Source of the DNA: Syntrophorhabdaceae bacterium
GTDB lineage: Bacteria; Desulfobacterota; Syntrophorhabdia; Syntrophorhabdales; Syntrophorhabdaceae
Length of the DNA stretch: 64,000 bases
Direction: 5' to 3'
Assembly: GCA_963665295.1 (NCBI GenBank)
Contig: OY762209.1
Coordinates: forward strand, 4,256,001 to 4,320,000
The translations under genes were made by a program, and so were the position numbers. The notes beneath the pieces are model-generated. The model made no database searches, was not told where the DNA came from, and was given only the letters and a program-made list of their open reading frames with translations. This document shows, piece by piece, positions 1 to 9,968 of this stretch. Position 1 is the first letter of the stretch. Each line of letters begins with the position of its first letter.

Positions 1-2
1 AG

Positions 3-686
3 TTACTGGCGGGTGATGTGGCAGTATTTCGAATCGAAAAACCCGACGGTTTCACGTTCAAAGCCGGCCAATGGTGCGCGGTGACCGTGCCGGACATAGG
101 GTTTCACGACGAGCGCGGCCTGAAACGGCCCTTGAGCATCGCATCATCTCCTCGTGAGAAGGACCTTCTCTTCGCCACCAAACTGAGCAACAGCGCGATG
201 AAGCGGACCATGGCCGAGATAAAAACCGGGACCATCATTTCTCTCGATGAGCCGCTCGGGTCCCTTCTCCTTCCGGAGGACGTGACTGTCCCCCTCGTAT
301 TTCTCGCAGGGGGCATCGGGATCACGCCCTTCAGGTCCATGCTCCAGTACGCGGCGGAAACCCCGACAGGACACACGATAACCCTGTTCTATTCCAACAG
401 GACTCCTGAAGAGACGCCTTTTCTTGAAGACTTGGCACGCCTTTCCAGGGAGAGCGGGGCGATCCGCGTATATAATACCATGACCCGAGTGGGAGTAGGT
501 TCGAATTGGTCCGGTCTCACGGGACGACTCAACCCGCAGATGGTCATGGATAACTGCCGGTCCTGGGAGAGTGCCGCTTACTACATCGTGGGGCCCCCTG
601 CCATGGCTGACGCAATGAAGCAGACACTCTCGGACATGAAGATCGATCCAAAACGGATAACGGTCGAGTTGTTTGCGGGCTACTAA
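3..686 (+). CDS. Ferredoxin-NADP reductase-like FAD/NAD(P)-binding oxidoreductase (probably 5'-truncated by window edge)
   Basis: RPLSIAS FAD motif, AGGIGITP NAD motif, GPPAM and C-terminal ELF; frame is open from the window start. Confidence 0.85.
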   Translation, partial: LLAGDVAVFRIEKPDGFTFKAGQWCAVTVPDIGFHDERGLKRPLSIASSPREKDLLFATKLSNSAMKRTMAEIKTGTIISLDEPLGSLLLPEDVTVPLVFLAGGIGITPFRSMLQYAAETPTGHTITLFYSNRTPEETPFLEDLARLSRESGAIRVYNTMTRVGVGSNWSGLTGRLNPQMVMDNCRSWESAAYYIVGPPAMADAMKQTLSDMKIDPKRITVELFAGY

Positions 687-703
687 TCGAAGAGGAGGAA
701 TAT

Positions 704-859
704 ATGGAAGCCGGGAAGCAGCATATGAAATGTAACGATTGCGGATGCAGATTTGAAGCCGGGTCGCGTGAACGAGACGACACCGGGAAAAAACCGGTGG
801 AACCGGCGCCGCCCATCACGTGTCCTCAGTGCGCGAGCATGAACATAACCACGGCGTAA
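704..859 (+). CDS. 51-aa zinc-ribbon protein (FmdB-like), absent from ORF track
   Basis: AGGAGG RBS; MEAGKQHMKCNDCGCRFE...ITCPQCASMNITTA* with CxxC and CPxC pairs. Confidence 0.75.
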   Translation: MEAGKQHMKCNDCGCRFEAGSRERDDTGKKPVEPAPPITCPQCASMNITTA

Positions 860-943
860 GCCACGGGTACGGGCATCAAAGGCGAGCACAACACCCGTAA
901 GGCTATATCAAGGCGAACTTCCGGGTGCGGACCTGGAGGGCAA

Positions 944-1144
944 TCACCCGGCCTTCTTCCCGGATCGGTTGGCTTTATTATCCGCCTTTTTCTTTTGATC
1001 CCCCTCGCCTTCGAGCCGGCGGTACTCCTCAAGCAACTCGTTTTCGCTCAGGCCCCTTCTCGTAAACGGTCGCGAGGCTTCCGCGGTACGCCATACGGAC
1101 AGGGCATCTGTAATCAACCGGTGCAGCCTCCTCTTGACACTCAT
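944..1144 (-). CDS. Small basic hypothetical protein (66 aa, MSVKRR...)
   Basis: AAGGAGG/GGAG upstream of internal ATG of ORF 944..1354. Confidence 0.5.
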   Translation of the reverse strand: MSVKRRLHRLITDALSVWRTAEASRPFTRRGLSENELLEEYRRLEGEGDQKKKADNKANRSGKKAG

Positions 1145-1401
1145 CTCCACATCCTCCTTTCTCACGCGGCCTTCGGGGTATGCGCGTTGCCGCCAATCGC
1201 AAAGCCTTGCCGCCCATCGGCCCGACCGCCTAGGGTATCTTACTACACCGGAGGTGTACAATCCAGCCTTACATTCCCGGGACCCGCTGTCTACCTGTGG
1301 TCGCATCGGTCCGCAATCTTTGACTATAGGTTTTGCGCATTTGACATTTTGCAATTTCCGCAGTTTTCATGTAGTTTTTATTACGGTCAGGCAAGGCAGA
1401 T

Positions 1402-2148
1402 ATGGCAGACAGAGCGATCCTCAAAATAACGGGACTCACGAAGGAATACGGCACCCTTACGGCGGTCGACCACATATCCTTTTTCGTAAACTCCGGCGAA
1501 GCCGTGGGCCTTCTCGGTCCCAACGGTGCAGGGAAGACCACCACCATCAACATGATCCTCGGCATCATGAAACCGACGACCGGAACTGTGGAGATATTGG
1601 GCAAAGACCTGCGCACGTGCAGGTCGGAGGTGAGCAAAAATGTCAACTTTGCGGCCGTGTATGCCCATATGCCCGCGAACCTCACAGTGTGGCAGAACCT
1701 GTACGTTTTTGGCTTACTCTATGAGCAGAGAAACCTCAAGGAACGAATAAGGCTTCTCATGAAAGAATTCGACCTGGAGAACTTCGCTCACACAAGGGCC
1801 GGGTTGCTTTCCTCAGGGGAACTGAGTCGTCTCAGCCTCGCCAAAGCAGTAATAAACAGACCTTGCCTCTTGCTTCTCGACGAACCAACGGCCAGCCTGG
1901 ACCCCAGCGTTTCCCGGATCATTCGCGACAACATAAAGGCCTACGCCGCAAAGACCGGCGCCGGGATACTCTGGACGTCTCATAACATGAGTGAGATCGA
2001 GGCCGTGTGTGACCGGGTTCTTTTCCTGTCACACGGTAAGATCCTCTTAAGCGGGAACCCAAGGTCCCTTCCGGCCGAACACGGAAAGAAAGACCTGGAA
2101 GAGTTGTTCATCACCGTAGCCCGCGAACCGCTTCTCCTCAAGGAATGA
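1402..2148 (+). CDS. ABC-2 type transporter ATP-binding protein
   Basis: Walker A GPNGAGKTT, LSSGE signature variant, Walker B LLLLDEPT, H-loop SH. Confidence 0.92.
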   Translation: MADRAILKITGLTKEYGTLTAVDHISFFVNSGEAVGLLGPNGAGKTTTINMILGIMKPTTGTVEILGKDLRTCRSEVSKNVNFAAVYAHMPANLTVWQNLYVFGLLYEQRNLKERIRLLMKEFDLENFAHTRAGLLSSGELSRLSLAKAVINRPCLLLLDEPTASLDPSVSRIIRDNIKAYAAKTGAGILWTSHNMSEIEAVCDRVLFLSHGKILLSGNPRSLPAEHGKKDLEELFITVAREPLLLKE

Positions 2149-2152
2149 AACG

Positions 2153-2962
2153 ATGAGCTTATTGAGAGTTTACGCCATCTTCGTCCGTCAGTTGTTCCTG
2201 CTGAAAAGCAACCCCACGAGGCTCGCCAGTATCTTCCTGTGGCTGGTCATCGATATCATCCAGTGGGGATTTATCAGCAGATATCTCGGGTCCTTCGGTA
2301 AGGCGACCTTCAGTTTCATTACCGTCATTCTCGGGGCAATCCTCCTCTGGGAATTCATGAGCCGCATCCAGCAGGGAGTGCTCATGTCCTTTCTGGAAGA
2401 CGTGTGGACTCAGAATTTTGTCAATTTCTTCGCGTCCCCCCTTACGGTCCGGGAGTACCTGGGAGGGCTTGTCCTCACAAGCATTACCACAGGCATGGCC
2501 GGATTCCTCGCCATTGTCGCCATCGCCGGGTTCGCATTCGGTTACAACATACTGAGGATAGGCATACTGCTCCTGCCTTTTATGCTTATACTCCTGGTTT
2601 TCGGGGTGGCAATGGGGATCTTCGTGTCGGCTATAATTTTCAGACTCGGGCCTTCGGCCGAGTGGCTCGCCTGGCCTATACCCATGGTACTTTCACTCTT
2701 TGCAGGTGTCTATTATCCTATCTCAACCCTGCCTGCCCCTCTTACGACACTGGCCTGGCTGATTCCTCCCGCCTACGTCTTTGAGAGCATGCGGGGCGTC
2801 CTTACTACCGGCGCGCTCCCCGCGGATCTGATGTCAAACCTTCTCATCGGCGCATCCCTCGCCATAGCTTATTTACTGCTTATGTTCCGATTCTTCGTCT
2901 TCATCTACGAGAGGAACCTGCAAAACGGAAGTATCGCACGTTTCAACGCCGAAGCCCTCTAA
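2153..2962 (+). CDS. ABC-2 type transporter permease
   Basis: About six hydrophobic segments, GVYYPISTLP motif, adjacent to ATPase. Confidence 0.9.
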   Translation: MSLLRVYAIFVRQLFLLKSNPTRLASIFLWLVIDIIQWGFISRYLGSFGKATFSFITVILGAILLWEFMSRIQQGVLMSFLEDVWTQNFVNFFASPLTVREYLGGLVLTSITTGMAGFLAIVAIAGFAFGYNILRIGILLLPFMLILLVFGVAMGIFVSAIIFRLGPSAEWLAWPIPMVLSLFAGVYYPISTLPAPLTTLAWLIPPAYVFESMRGVLTTGALPADLMSNLLIGASLAIAYLLLMFRFFVFIYERNLQNGSIARFNAEAL

Positions 2963-2972
2963 GCGCACAATG

Positions 2973-3410
2973 CTAGGTCCCTTTCTGGATTAGTTCGACC
3001 AATACATATTTCCCGAGAAGAAAAAAGGCAATGCGGCTCACGCCGGAGCAGCGCCTTTTCAGATTCTCGTCGTAGGCAACGCAGTCTTGGGCGGGAACGG
3101 TGATCTTGAACCCGTGTCCCGCGACCTCGGCCATGGCGGCATCCATATCGTCGACTTCGAAGCAGAGGTGGTGGAGACCGCCTCCACGCTTCTTGATGAA
3201 ATTCGAGATAGGGGAAGACTCTGCCGTGGGTTCAAGAAACTCGATGTAAACGTCCCCCGTGCCGCTCACAGGCGCGAAAGACGCCGAAACCGACTGAAGA
3301 GGGTTCACTGTGGGCTCGGTCATCTCGGTAAAACCAAGTTTCCTGAAAAGATCAACCACCCCGTCAATCCCGTCGACAACAAAACCAATATGGTCAAGAG
3401 TTAGTTTCAT
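2973..3410 (-). CDS. VOC family protein, methylmalonyl-CoA epimerase-like
   Basis: LDHIG, IEFLEP, GGGLHHLCFEV, LVELIQ metal-ligand pattern; GAGGAG RBS before ATG 3410. Confidence 0.85.
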   Translation of the reverse strand: MKLTLDHIGFVVDGIDGVVDLFRKLGFTEMTEPTVNPLQSVSASFAPVSGTGDVYIEFLEPTAESSPISNFIKKRGGGLHHLCFEVDDMDAAMAEVAGHGFKITVPAQDCVAYDENLKRRCSGVSRIAFFLLGKYVLVELIQKGT

Positions 3411-3532
3411 AAGTCTCCTCCTCTGTGGGAAACTCTGTGAGGTCGCAACATGACGCATTCAGGAAACCGCGCCCACCTTCCACCAACTCAAGGTGTCGCG
3501 TTACCCTCACCGCGGGAACTGTACTTCACCGC

Positions 3533-4288
3533 TCAGCTACCCTTCGTCTCATTCGCTTCCTGAGTCTTATCCCCGGTCTTTTCGGAGGCAGGCGGGTCCA
3601 GAACTTTTACGAGTTCCAGGTCAAAGATCAGCAAGGTGTTCGGCCCCACCAACTCCCCTACTCCGTCCTCGCCATAGGCGAGTCTTGAGGGGATAAAAAG
3701 TCTCCATTTTGCACCGCTTTGCATCAGCAGGCTGCCTTCTCTCCATCCCGGAACCACGTTTTCCAGTACGAATGTCTCCGGTCCGCCTTTCTTATACGAA
3801 TTTTCGATCTCGCTCCCGTCGATGCGACTCACCACGTAGTGGACCGACACCATATCGTCTTCCTTCGGCTTCTTCCCTGTACCCGCCTTGATTACCTTAT
3901 ACTGAAGACCGCTCGGAAGGGTTATCACGCCTTCCTTATTCTTGTTCTCGGCGAGGAACTTATCTTCTTCCCGTTTGTTCTTCTCCGCGACAGCCACGCC
4001 CTTTACCTGTTTTTGTTCCGTAATTTCCTTCTCAATGGCAGTCTTGGTCTCAGAGATTTCGTCTTCCGTGAGAAGAAGTTTACCTCCGGTCAGGGCGTCC
4101 CGAATTCCCTCTTTCAGTACGTCGAGGTTTACATCCACCGATTGCTTCTTCAGCAGCCTGCCGATGTCGACTCCCACGGCATAGCTTACCTTGTCTCTCT
4201 TTTCTTTTAGTGGCGCCCTCTCTTCGCCGAACAAGGGGCCTGCGAGGCATATTGAGATAATACAGACCACCGCTATTCTGACTTTCAT
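3533..4288 (-). CDS. FKBP-type peptidyl-prolyl isomerase (FkpA/Mip-like) with signal peptide
   Basis: SYAVG N-domain, LPSGLQYKV, VVPGW, IPSRLAYG, PNTLLIFDLEL. Confidence 0.92.
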   Translation of the reverse strand: MKVRIAVVCIISICLAGPLFGEERAPLKEKRDKVSYAVGVDIGRLLKKQSVDVNLDVLKEGIRDALTGGKLLLTEDEISETKTAIEKEITEQKQVKGVAVAEKNKREEDKFLAENKNKEGVITLPSGLQYKVIKAGTGKKPKEDDMVSVHYVVSRIDGSEIENSYKKGGPETFVLENVVPGWREGSLLMQSGAKWRLFIPSRLAYGEDGVGELVGPNTLLIFDLELVKVLDPPASEKTGDKTQEANETKGS

Positions 4289-4443
4289 GAGTCCTCCCTT
4301 CAATGTGTGATGATTATGAAGCCTGGAATATTTTATAGGAGGAGCGGCCCATAGTCAAATGGGCCGATTTGTTGGGACGCAAGGCCGCAACTCACCCGCA
4401 CGTTTATAATCCCCGCCCGCAAGCTCGACTTCCTATTGCCTGT

Positions 4444-4545
4444 CTATTCTGTTTTCTTCTTTTCTTTCGACCGCACGTAAAGCCACCACACCAACAAGCC
4501 AACCCCGCCACTCAGCCATATCGCCAGAAATACGAATTGCCCCAA
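4444..4545 (-). CDS. 33-aa single-pass membrane peptide, absent from ORF track
   Basis: AAGGAGG 6 nt before TTG; MGQFVFLAIWLSGGVGLLVWWLYVRSKEKKKTE*. Confidence 0.6.
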   Translation of the reverse strand: MGQFVFLAIWLSGGVGLLVWWLYVRSKEKKKTE

Positions 4546-4846
4546 ACCCGCCCTCCTTATGCTCTCAGAAAATATTCCTATCCCAAACGGATAGACTCCC
4601 CTTCCCCCATGATTCTTCGGACCCTTAAGGCGGCCGATGCCCTGTGGATAACTCTAATTATATCGGCTTTTCTCACATCATAAAGTAATTCGGCACACTT
4701 GTCCATTCAATTCTGAACCGGGCAGTCCCCGGATTATTTTGTGATGGGAGCGCCCTTCTTTCAGTTGGAGATTGCCGGGCGGACGGAAATAGTGTTAAGA
4801 TTAGCCGTTGCAAAAGGGTTCCTACACTTTGTGCCAAGGAGGGGTT

Positions 4847-5233
4847 ATGAACATACTCAGGAAGCGGTTTCCTGCGATCCTGGTGGGATGCATGCTATTT
4901 TGCGGGCCTGGCCTGTCGTGGGGGGCCGATTGGGAGGTCTACTACGAGGATGGTATGGAGATGCGTTATTATGACAAATCAAGCGTGAAGAGGGTACAAA
5001 AAGGCGTACTACGAGTCGCGATCAAGACCACGTTGCTGGGGGCGGAGGAAGGAAAGGTCGTACAACTCGAGATGGACTGCGGAGCCCATAAGTACCGTAT
5101 ACTTTCGCCCGACGCCGATGCGGTAATAGCGGAACTCCCACCCCATGCAGGGTTGGAGGAAGGGTCTCCGTGGGTCTGGTTCTCAATTAACTCTGAGATG
5201 ATGGCCATGTATCAGAACATCTGCGAGGGTTGA
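4847..5233 (+). CDS. Secreted small protein (surface-adhesin-E-like)
   Basis: AAGGAGG RBS, signal peptide, ADW...YYDKSSV...EMDC...W...IC pattern. Confidence 0.65.
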   Translation: MNILRKRFPAILVGCMLFCGPGLSWGADWEVYYEDGMEMRYYDKSSVKRVQKGVLRVAIKTTLLGAEEGKVVQLEMDCGAHKYRILSPDADAVIAELPPHAGLEEGSPWVWFSINSEMMAMYQNICEG

Positions 5234-5331
5234 AGCTCGAACTGAGTCGTCGGCGGTGTGTAGTCATAGGGTATCACCCCCAGCTCACGCCTCCGGTCCT
5301 TCTGAAGGGCGAGGGACGAAAGAAGGTCGTC

Positions 5332-6492
5332 CTATTCAAGTTCCTTCAGAGAGAAGGCGAGTACGCTCGACAGGCATACGAGTATTCCAAGCACGAAGAT
5401 ACCGAACTTGAAACTCACAAGATCGCCTGACAGACCGAGAAGATAGGGCATCACCCCCACTCCGAAAATGATCGCCACCGTCAGAATGAGTCCGGTGGCC
5501 ATGCTCCTCATTTCCCTGCTAAACATCCGCGCAATGGAAACGAGGCTTACAGGGAAAAATCCCGTCACGATAACTGCCTGCAGGAAAAGAACAATGCCTA
5601 TGTGCCTAGCTGAAACCACACCCATAAGCACGGTAAGTATGCCCGTCATCAGCATCAGGATAAACATCACTTTTCTAAGATTGAGTCGGTCAACGAGAAA
5701 GCCCGCGAGAATGGCGACCCCAATCCCTCCCAGTCGTGACATCCCCAGGATACCGTTCGCATACTCGATGCCCAGAGAGAGCTCCTTCGTGAGATAGAGT
5801 GGTATTATGGAGTAGATACCCAGATTGGCGCCGGAAGCGAATGTAAAAAGCGCCCCCATCACCCAGAGCCCCTTCGTCCTCACGAGGTCGCCGAACGCAC
5901 GTTTTACCGGATGGCTGATCTTCACCTCATGGCACGTCAATTGGCAAACTATGGCGCCGAGAAGAAACACAACGCCAAAGACGGTGAATATCCCCCTCCA
6001 TTTCATAAAATGAAGGAAGAATAGGGCTATCAATGGAATACTGAATATGCTTACCGACGCTCCCGAATCATGAATGGCGATAGCTTTGCCCCAGTTCTTT
6101 TCAGAAAAATTCTCTGTTATCAGCGGTATCGCCGACGGCAGGTACATGCCGACCGATATGCCCAGGATAAAGCTGAACAGATAAAGTACCGAAAAGACTT
6201 TCACGCAGGGAATCAAGAGAAAGAGAAAGGCGCTTATGCCGAGGGAGACCACTATAGTCCTTTTGTAGCCCAGTCTTCCCGCAAAGAAGCCGGAGAAAAA
6301 CATGGACAGGCCATACCCTACGGCCTGGAACACAAAAACACTGCTTGCTCTCGCATGGCTAATGGCGAATTCGTCCTCTATAAGCGGAAGAATGGGTGAA
6401 AATATCACCCTTACGCACATGTTGATGAACCAGAGAAACCAGAGAAGAGAAAGAAATAAAAGGGCCTTGCCCTTCAGTTGAGGATAACGCAC
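5332..6492 (-). CDS. Major facilitator superfamily transporter
   Basis: About 12 TM segments, GFFAGRLGYKR and GFLVDRLNLRK motif-A-like loops. Confidence 0.9.
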   Translation of the reverse strand: MRYPQLKGKALLFLSLLWFLWFINMCVRVIFSPILPLIEDEFAISHARASSVFVFQAVGYGLSMFFSGFFAGRLGYKRTIVVSLGISAFLFLLIPCVKVFSVLYLFSFILGISVGMYLPSAIPLITENFSEKNWGKAIAIHDSGASVSIFSIPLIALFFLHFMKWRGIFTVFGVVFLLGAIVCQLTCHEVKISHPVKRAFGDLVRTKGLWVMGALFTFASGANLGIYSIIPLYLTKELSLGIEYANGILGMSRLGGIGVAILAGFLVDRLNLRKVMFILMLMTGILTVLMGVVSARHIGIVLFLQAVIVTGFFPVSLVSIARMFSREMRSMATGLILTVAIIFGVGVMPYLLGLSGDLVSFKFGIFVLGILVCLSSVLAFSLKELE

Positions 6493-6618
6493 ATTTCAAT
6501 CTAACCAGATATGGGACAAAATTTCAACCAATAAACCAAACAATAGTTCGACCTTGCCCAAGGCAGGTTTCCGTGGACGGGACAATTCCGCGCACCATTG
6601 CCGCAGCCCGCCTCTTTC

Positions 6619-7854
6619 TCAAACCCTGCTGAAGCCCACTGTGCCGAGGCCGATGCTCCTGACCGTCTTCACTTGCGCACATTCCCTCACCCCCTTCTTC
6701 TTCAGGGTCTCCGCTATTCTTTCGGAGCCATGAAGGGCCGTGCTCCCCATCTGGTCCGTGATATTGATGTAAAGCACCGTATTGTTTGTCAGGGTGATAC
6801 CGATGCTTAAGGGAGAGGAGGACGTAAGAATAAGGGCTCTCCCGGCTGCGCCAAGCCGGGCCGTGCCGGCGCTCGCAACAACTGCAATCCATGAAGCCGC
6901 CACCAGCCATCGTGGGGGCAGAAAGACAACGGATTGAAAGAAACTCATATCCCCGTACCGATAGAGCCTTGTCCCCCGGAACGTCGTGATCGCCAACCCC
7001 TCATCCGTCGAGAGAATCCGATAACCGGCATACCACGCCGATATCCAGAGAATGAGGAGCCCGCCCAGGAGGAAGGGGGAAAAGAGAAGGAGAACAAACA
7101 GTCCTTCCGGAAAAACTTGCAAGGTTCCTCCCACGAGAAGAACGGAGAGAATAAGGGGTAAAACAAAAAAGGCAACCCCCACCAGATCGCTCAGGACCAT
7201 TCTCCAGCGGTCATAGCTCAGGGCACCCGGCGGAGCTTTCGGCCGCGGCAGCAGCGCATAGATAAGGATGCCCGCAAGGATAAGCGCGAAACCCGCAACA
7301 CGGTAAGGATAGAGGAGATAAGCCGGAGGCTTGGGATACGGGGAAAAACCGCTCCCGAATCTGAAGTCCTTGTCCGAATATGACCTGTAGTCTATTTCGA
7401 GATACCGGGGTTTGCCGCCATCATCGTTCATCAGGCACAACCGTCCTGTCTTTCTTGCCGCGATCCCGGCCACCATGTTCAGCGGGTACTCGTGGGCGGA
7501 AAAGAACAGGGCCTTCATGGAATACCGGCCTGAAGGGAATCGCCTGGTCCACTCCGGCTTCTTTTCTCTTCCCTCCATGGCGTCTTGGATTTCCTGAAAG
7601 AAATCGGACCATACCCGCCCCTCTACCCTGAGCACGGAAGGCTGCCGCCTCCTCTCCATTACAGCTCTATCCTCAGGGGCAAGAAGAGGGGTCCCGAGCA
7701 CACCTCCGGGGGCGGACGGAGGCAGGGCAGCGGCGCTTGTCCGTCTCTCTGCGTAGGGCTTTACGATGATGACCGGTTCCAGTGACGCAAAATAGGCGAG
7801 TCCTATCCCCGCGCCGATACATATAATCAATAAGACTCTCCGCCAGAGCTCCAT
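6619..7854 (-). CDS. Hypothetical membrane protein
   Basis: Long ORF with N-terminal TM, soluble domain and several C-terminal TMs; GAGGTG RBS. Confidence 0.7.
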   Translation of the reverse strand: MELWRRVLLIICIGAGIGLAYFASLEPVIIVKPYAERRTSAAALPPSAPGGVLGTPLLAPEDRAVMERRRQPSVLRVEGRVWSDFFQEIQDAMEGREKKPEWTRRFPSGRYSMKALFFSAHEYPLNMVAGIAARKTGRLCLMNDDGGKPRYLEIDYRSYSDKDFRFGSGFSPYPKPPAYLLYPYRVAGFALILAGILIYALLPRPKAPPGALSYDRWRMVLSDLVGVAFFVLPLILSVLLVGGTLQVFPEGLFVLLLFSPFLLGGLLILWISAWYAGYRILSTDEGLAITTFRGTRLYRYGDMSFFQSVVFLPPRWLVAASWIAVVASAGTARLGAAGRALILTSSSPLSIGITLTNNTVLYINITDQMGSTALHGSERIAETLKKKGVRECAQVKTVRSIGLGTVGFSRV

Positions 7855-8086
7855 CTGTCCACACCTCACCGGCAGCGCCCTCCCTTCTTTATCTTGGCCG
7901 GTCTTACCCTATATTCGCCTATCCGCCGCCGACATGTCAATAGCGTGGCCTGATCAACCGCGCTACCTCAGAGCCGGTTCTGGTGATCCCCGTTTTCCTC
8001 GTCCGGCTGAGTGTGCTATACTAAGGGCGGCCAACGAATACAGCCGGGTGATCCCTTGCAAGAGGCCACCAAAAGGGGGTGTCCAT

Positions 8087-8296
8087 ATGAGCAAATACGA
8101 ATACGTGAAGAAGCCTTCCGGGACTCCGTGGGTGATGGAAGTACGAAAAGGCGGTTCTCACAAGGGCAACATCCGCAAAAGCCCGTACACGGGTCGATAT
8201 CAGTTTTTCAGGGGCTCTGTGAATGTGATTCGCGCTTCCTGCGAGGAGTCCGACATCGATACTCTGATAGGCAAGATTGAGGAGTTGGACCTTTAG
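8087..8296 (+). CDS. Small hypothetical protein (69 aa, MSKYEY...)
   Basis: AAGGGGG RBS before ATG 8087; protein-like composition. Confidence 0.6.
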   Translation: MSKYEYVKKPSGTPWVMEVRKGGSHKGNIRKSPYTGRYQFFRGSVNVIRASCEESDIDTLIGKIEELDL

Positions 8297-8343
8297 ACCC
8301 GGCGGATTCCCGAAGCAGGGATTCTTGACGCCCGGCGCGTTAC

Positions 8344-8371
8344 ATCAACAGGTGAGTACTCACCTGTTGAT
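8344..8371. repeat. Perfect 28-bp palindrome
   Basis: ATCAACAGGTGAGT|ACTCACCTGTTGAT. Confidence 0.9.
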
Positions 8372-8397
8372 AAACCGTTCGCACAGGAGATCTTGAA

Positions 8398-8688
8398 ATG
8401 ACCGTGACAAAAAATAACCGATCCGAGGATACGATCGGCACGCCTGAAGAACCCCTCAAGATCAGGCTGAAGGTGCTTGACAGAGAGACTAATGAAAGCC
8501 GGTATTGTGAGATCGACGAGGCGAAGACATGGGATTGGAAAAACCCGGAAATATGGCACGTGATAAACGGATGGCAGATCACGAGTTACCGCATGCTTAT
8601 CTTCATGTTGCGCCGCAAAGAAGAAAGGGGCCTCGAAGAGGTTGTGCTCCAGGTAATCCCCCGCTTCATGATGCTCAATGGTTGTTAA
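8398..8688 (+). CDS. Hypothetical protein (96 aa)
   Basis: AGGAG RBS; protein-like composition. Confidence 0.6.
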   Translation: MTVTKNNRSEDTIGTPEEPLKIRLKVLDRETNESRYCEIDEAKTWDWKNPEIWHVINGWQITSYRMLIFMLRRKEERGLEEVVLQVIPRFMMLNGC

Positions 8689-8799
8689 GCATCCTTCAGC
8701 ACTTCTTTCTTCATTTTTGCTCGGAATAGTCTTGTCCGCGCCTTCTATTTCTGATAAAATACACAACACTTTTTTGAAATAGAATAGATCGGGCACCAC

Positions 8800-9711
8800 A
8801 TGAATACTCTGTCAAAAACGGCACGGGAACAGCCGTTTTCATATACGTGCAACTGTTGCTCCCACTGTTGCAAGGAAAAGATTATCCGCGTAAACCCTTA
8901 CGAAACGGCTCGTCTTTCTTCGCATCTTCATATAAACACTTCGTATTTCCTGAAGGCATATACGTGGGCGGCCGGCACGATCCTCAAGGTTCCCTACAGG
9001 GGGTATTGCATCTTTCGCAACTATTCCGGTTGTTCCGTTCACGGCGACCGCCCTCTGGTTTGCCGTCTCTACCCTCTGCGACGAAGTATCTCCGATGACG
9101 GTATTGAGAGTTTTGCCCTTCTTGAATTCGAGCCTGGATGTATCGCCTTCCACGGCGATCAGGAGACCATAGCCGATTATCTCTCCGATCAGGGCGCCGG
9201 GGAGTATCTCGAAGCAATGGACCGATATCTCGATCTTACGGATAAGTTCGTGGATACCCTTCATCATATGACAGGAGAGGATCCACGCTTTACCGAAGAA
9301 GTGACGCGCAGCCTCACGGCGCCGTCCGTTACCGGCGAAGAACCCGTGCCCGGATGGCTCGATATGGATCCTGTCAACTCCGGTTACTGCGCACATACGG
9401 GCACCCGACGGCCCAAGTCTCTCCGTGAAAAGATGAATATGCATATTACCGCCATCGAATCCTGGCTGGCGGGCATGAGCGACATCGAGGGCGGGCGCGG
9501 GTCGTTTTGCGGAAATACACGCCTCCTTTCTTCTTTGAAGGGGGGTCCGGCTCACGTCGCCGATAAGCTGATTCGCGTGAAGACCGTAGCAAGGACGCTT
9601 GCCGTTCTCGCATACTCGATTGGGGTCAACCTTGACGAACTGTCAAGAGAGGAGTTTGGAGCAGGAGAAGAGGCGGACACGCACATGCAGCGTTCACGCA
9701 ATAACACGTAA
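8800..9711 (+). CDS. YkgJ-family cysteine-cluster (CxxCxxCC) protein
   Basis: CNCCSHCC, CIF, CSVHGDRPLVCRLYP. Confidence 0.85.
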   Translation: MNTLSKTAREQPFSYTCNCCSHCCKEKIIRVNPYETARLSSHLHINTSYFLKAYTWAAGTILKVPYRGYCIFRNYSGCSVHGDRPLVCRLYPLRRSISDDGIESFALLEFEPGCIAFHGDQETIADYLSDQGAGEYLEAMDRYLDLTDKFVDTLHHMTGEDPRFTEEVTRSLTAPSVTGEEPVPGWLDMDPVNSGYCAHTGTRRPKSLREKMNMHITAIESWLAGMSDIEGGRGSFCGNTRLLSSLKGGPAHVADKLIRVKTVARTLAVLAYSIGVNLDELSREEFGAGEEADTHMQRSRNNT

Positions 9712-9968
9712 GACCGGATGACCGCAGCCGGAGTCCGTTACGGGCCACGCGCATGAACGGGCCCTGACCCCATACAGCAGCGCCCACGACAACTGACACG
9801 TTTCCAGGTCGTTCAGCTTCCAAGCCCACTTCTAGCCCACTACACCATAGAGGCAGATGGCCCGATACGTGCCGGCTCCGCGTGGTAAACAGGTTGGCTA
9901 CTGTCACTAAACACGCTGCGGCCCACCGGTTCACCTTTGCCCACCGGCCTCCCGATCGGGTTACTGCC

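Noticed and set aside
1275..1362. Possible c-di-GMP-I riboswitch on minus strand (GCAAAACC...GACAGCGGGT)
   Set aside because: P1 stem with GGCAAA and GNRA loop is missing; a cmscan would settle it
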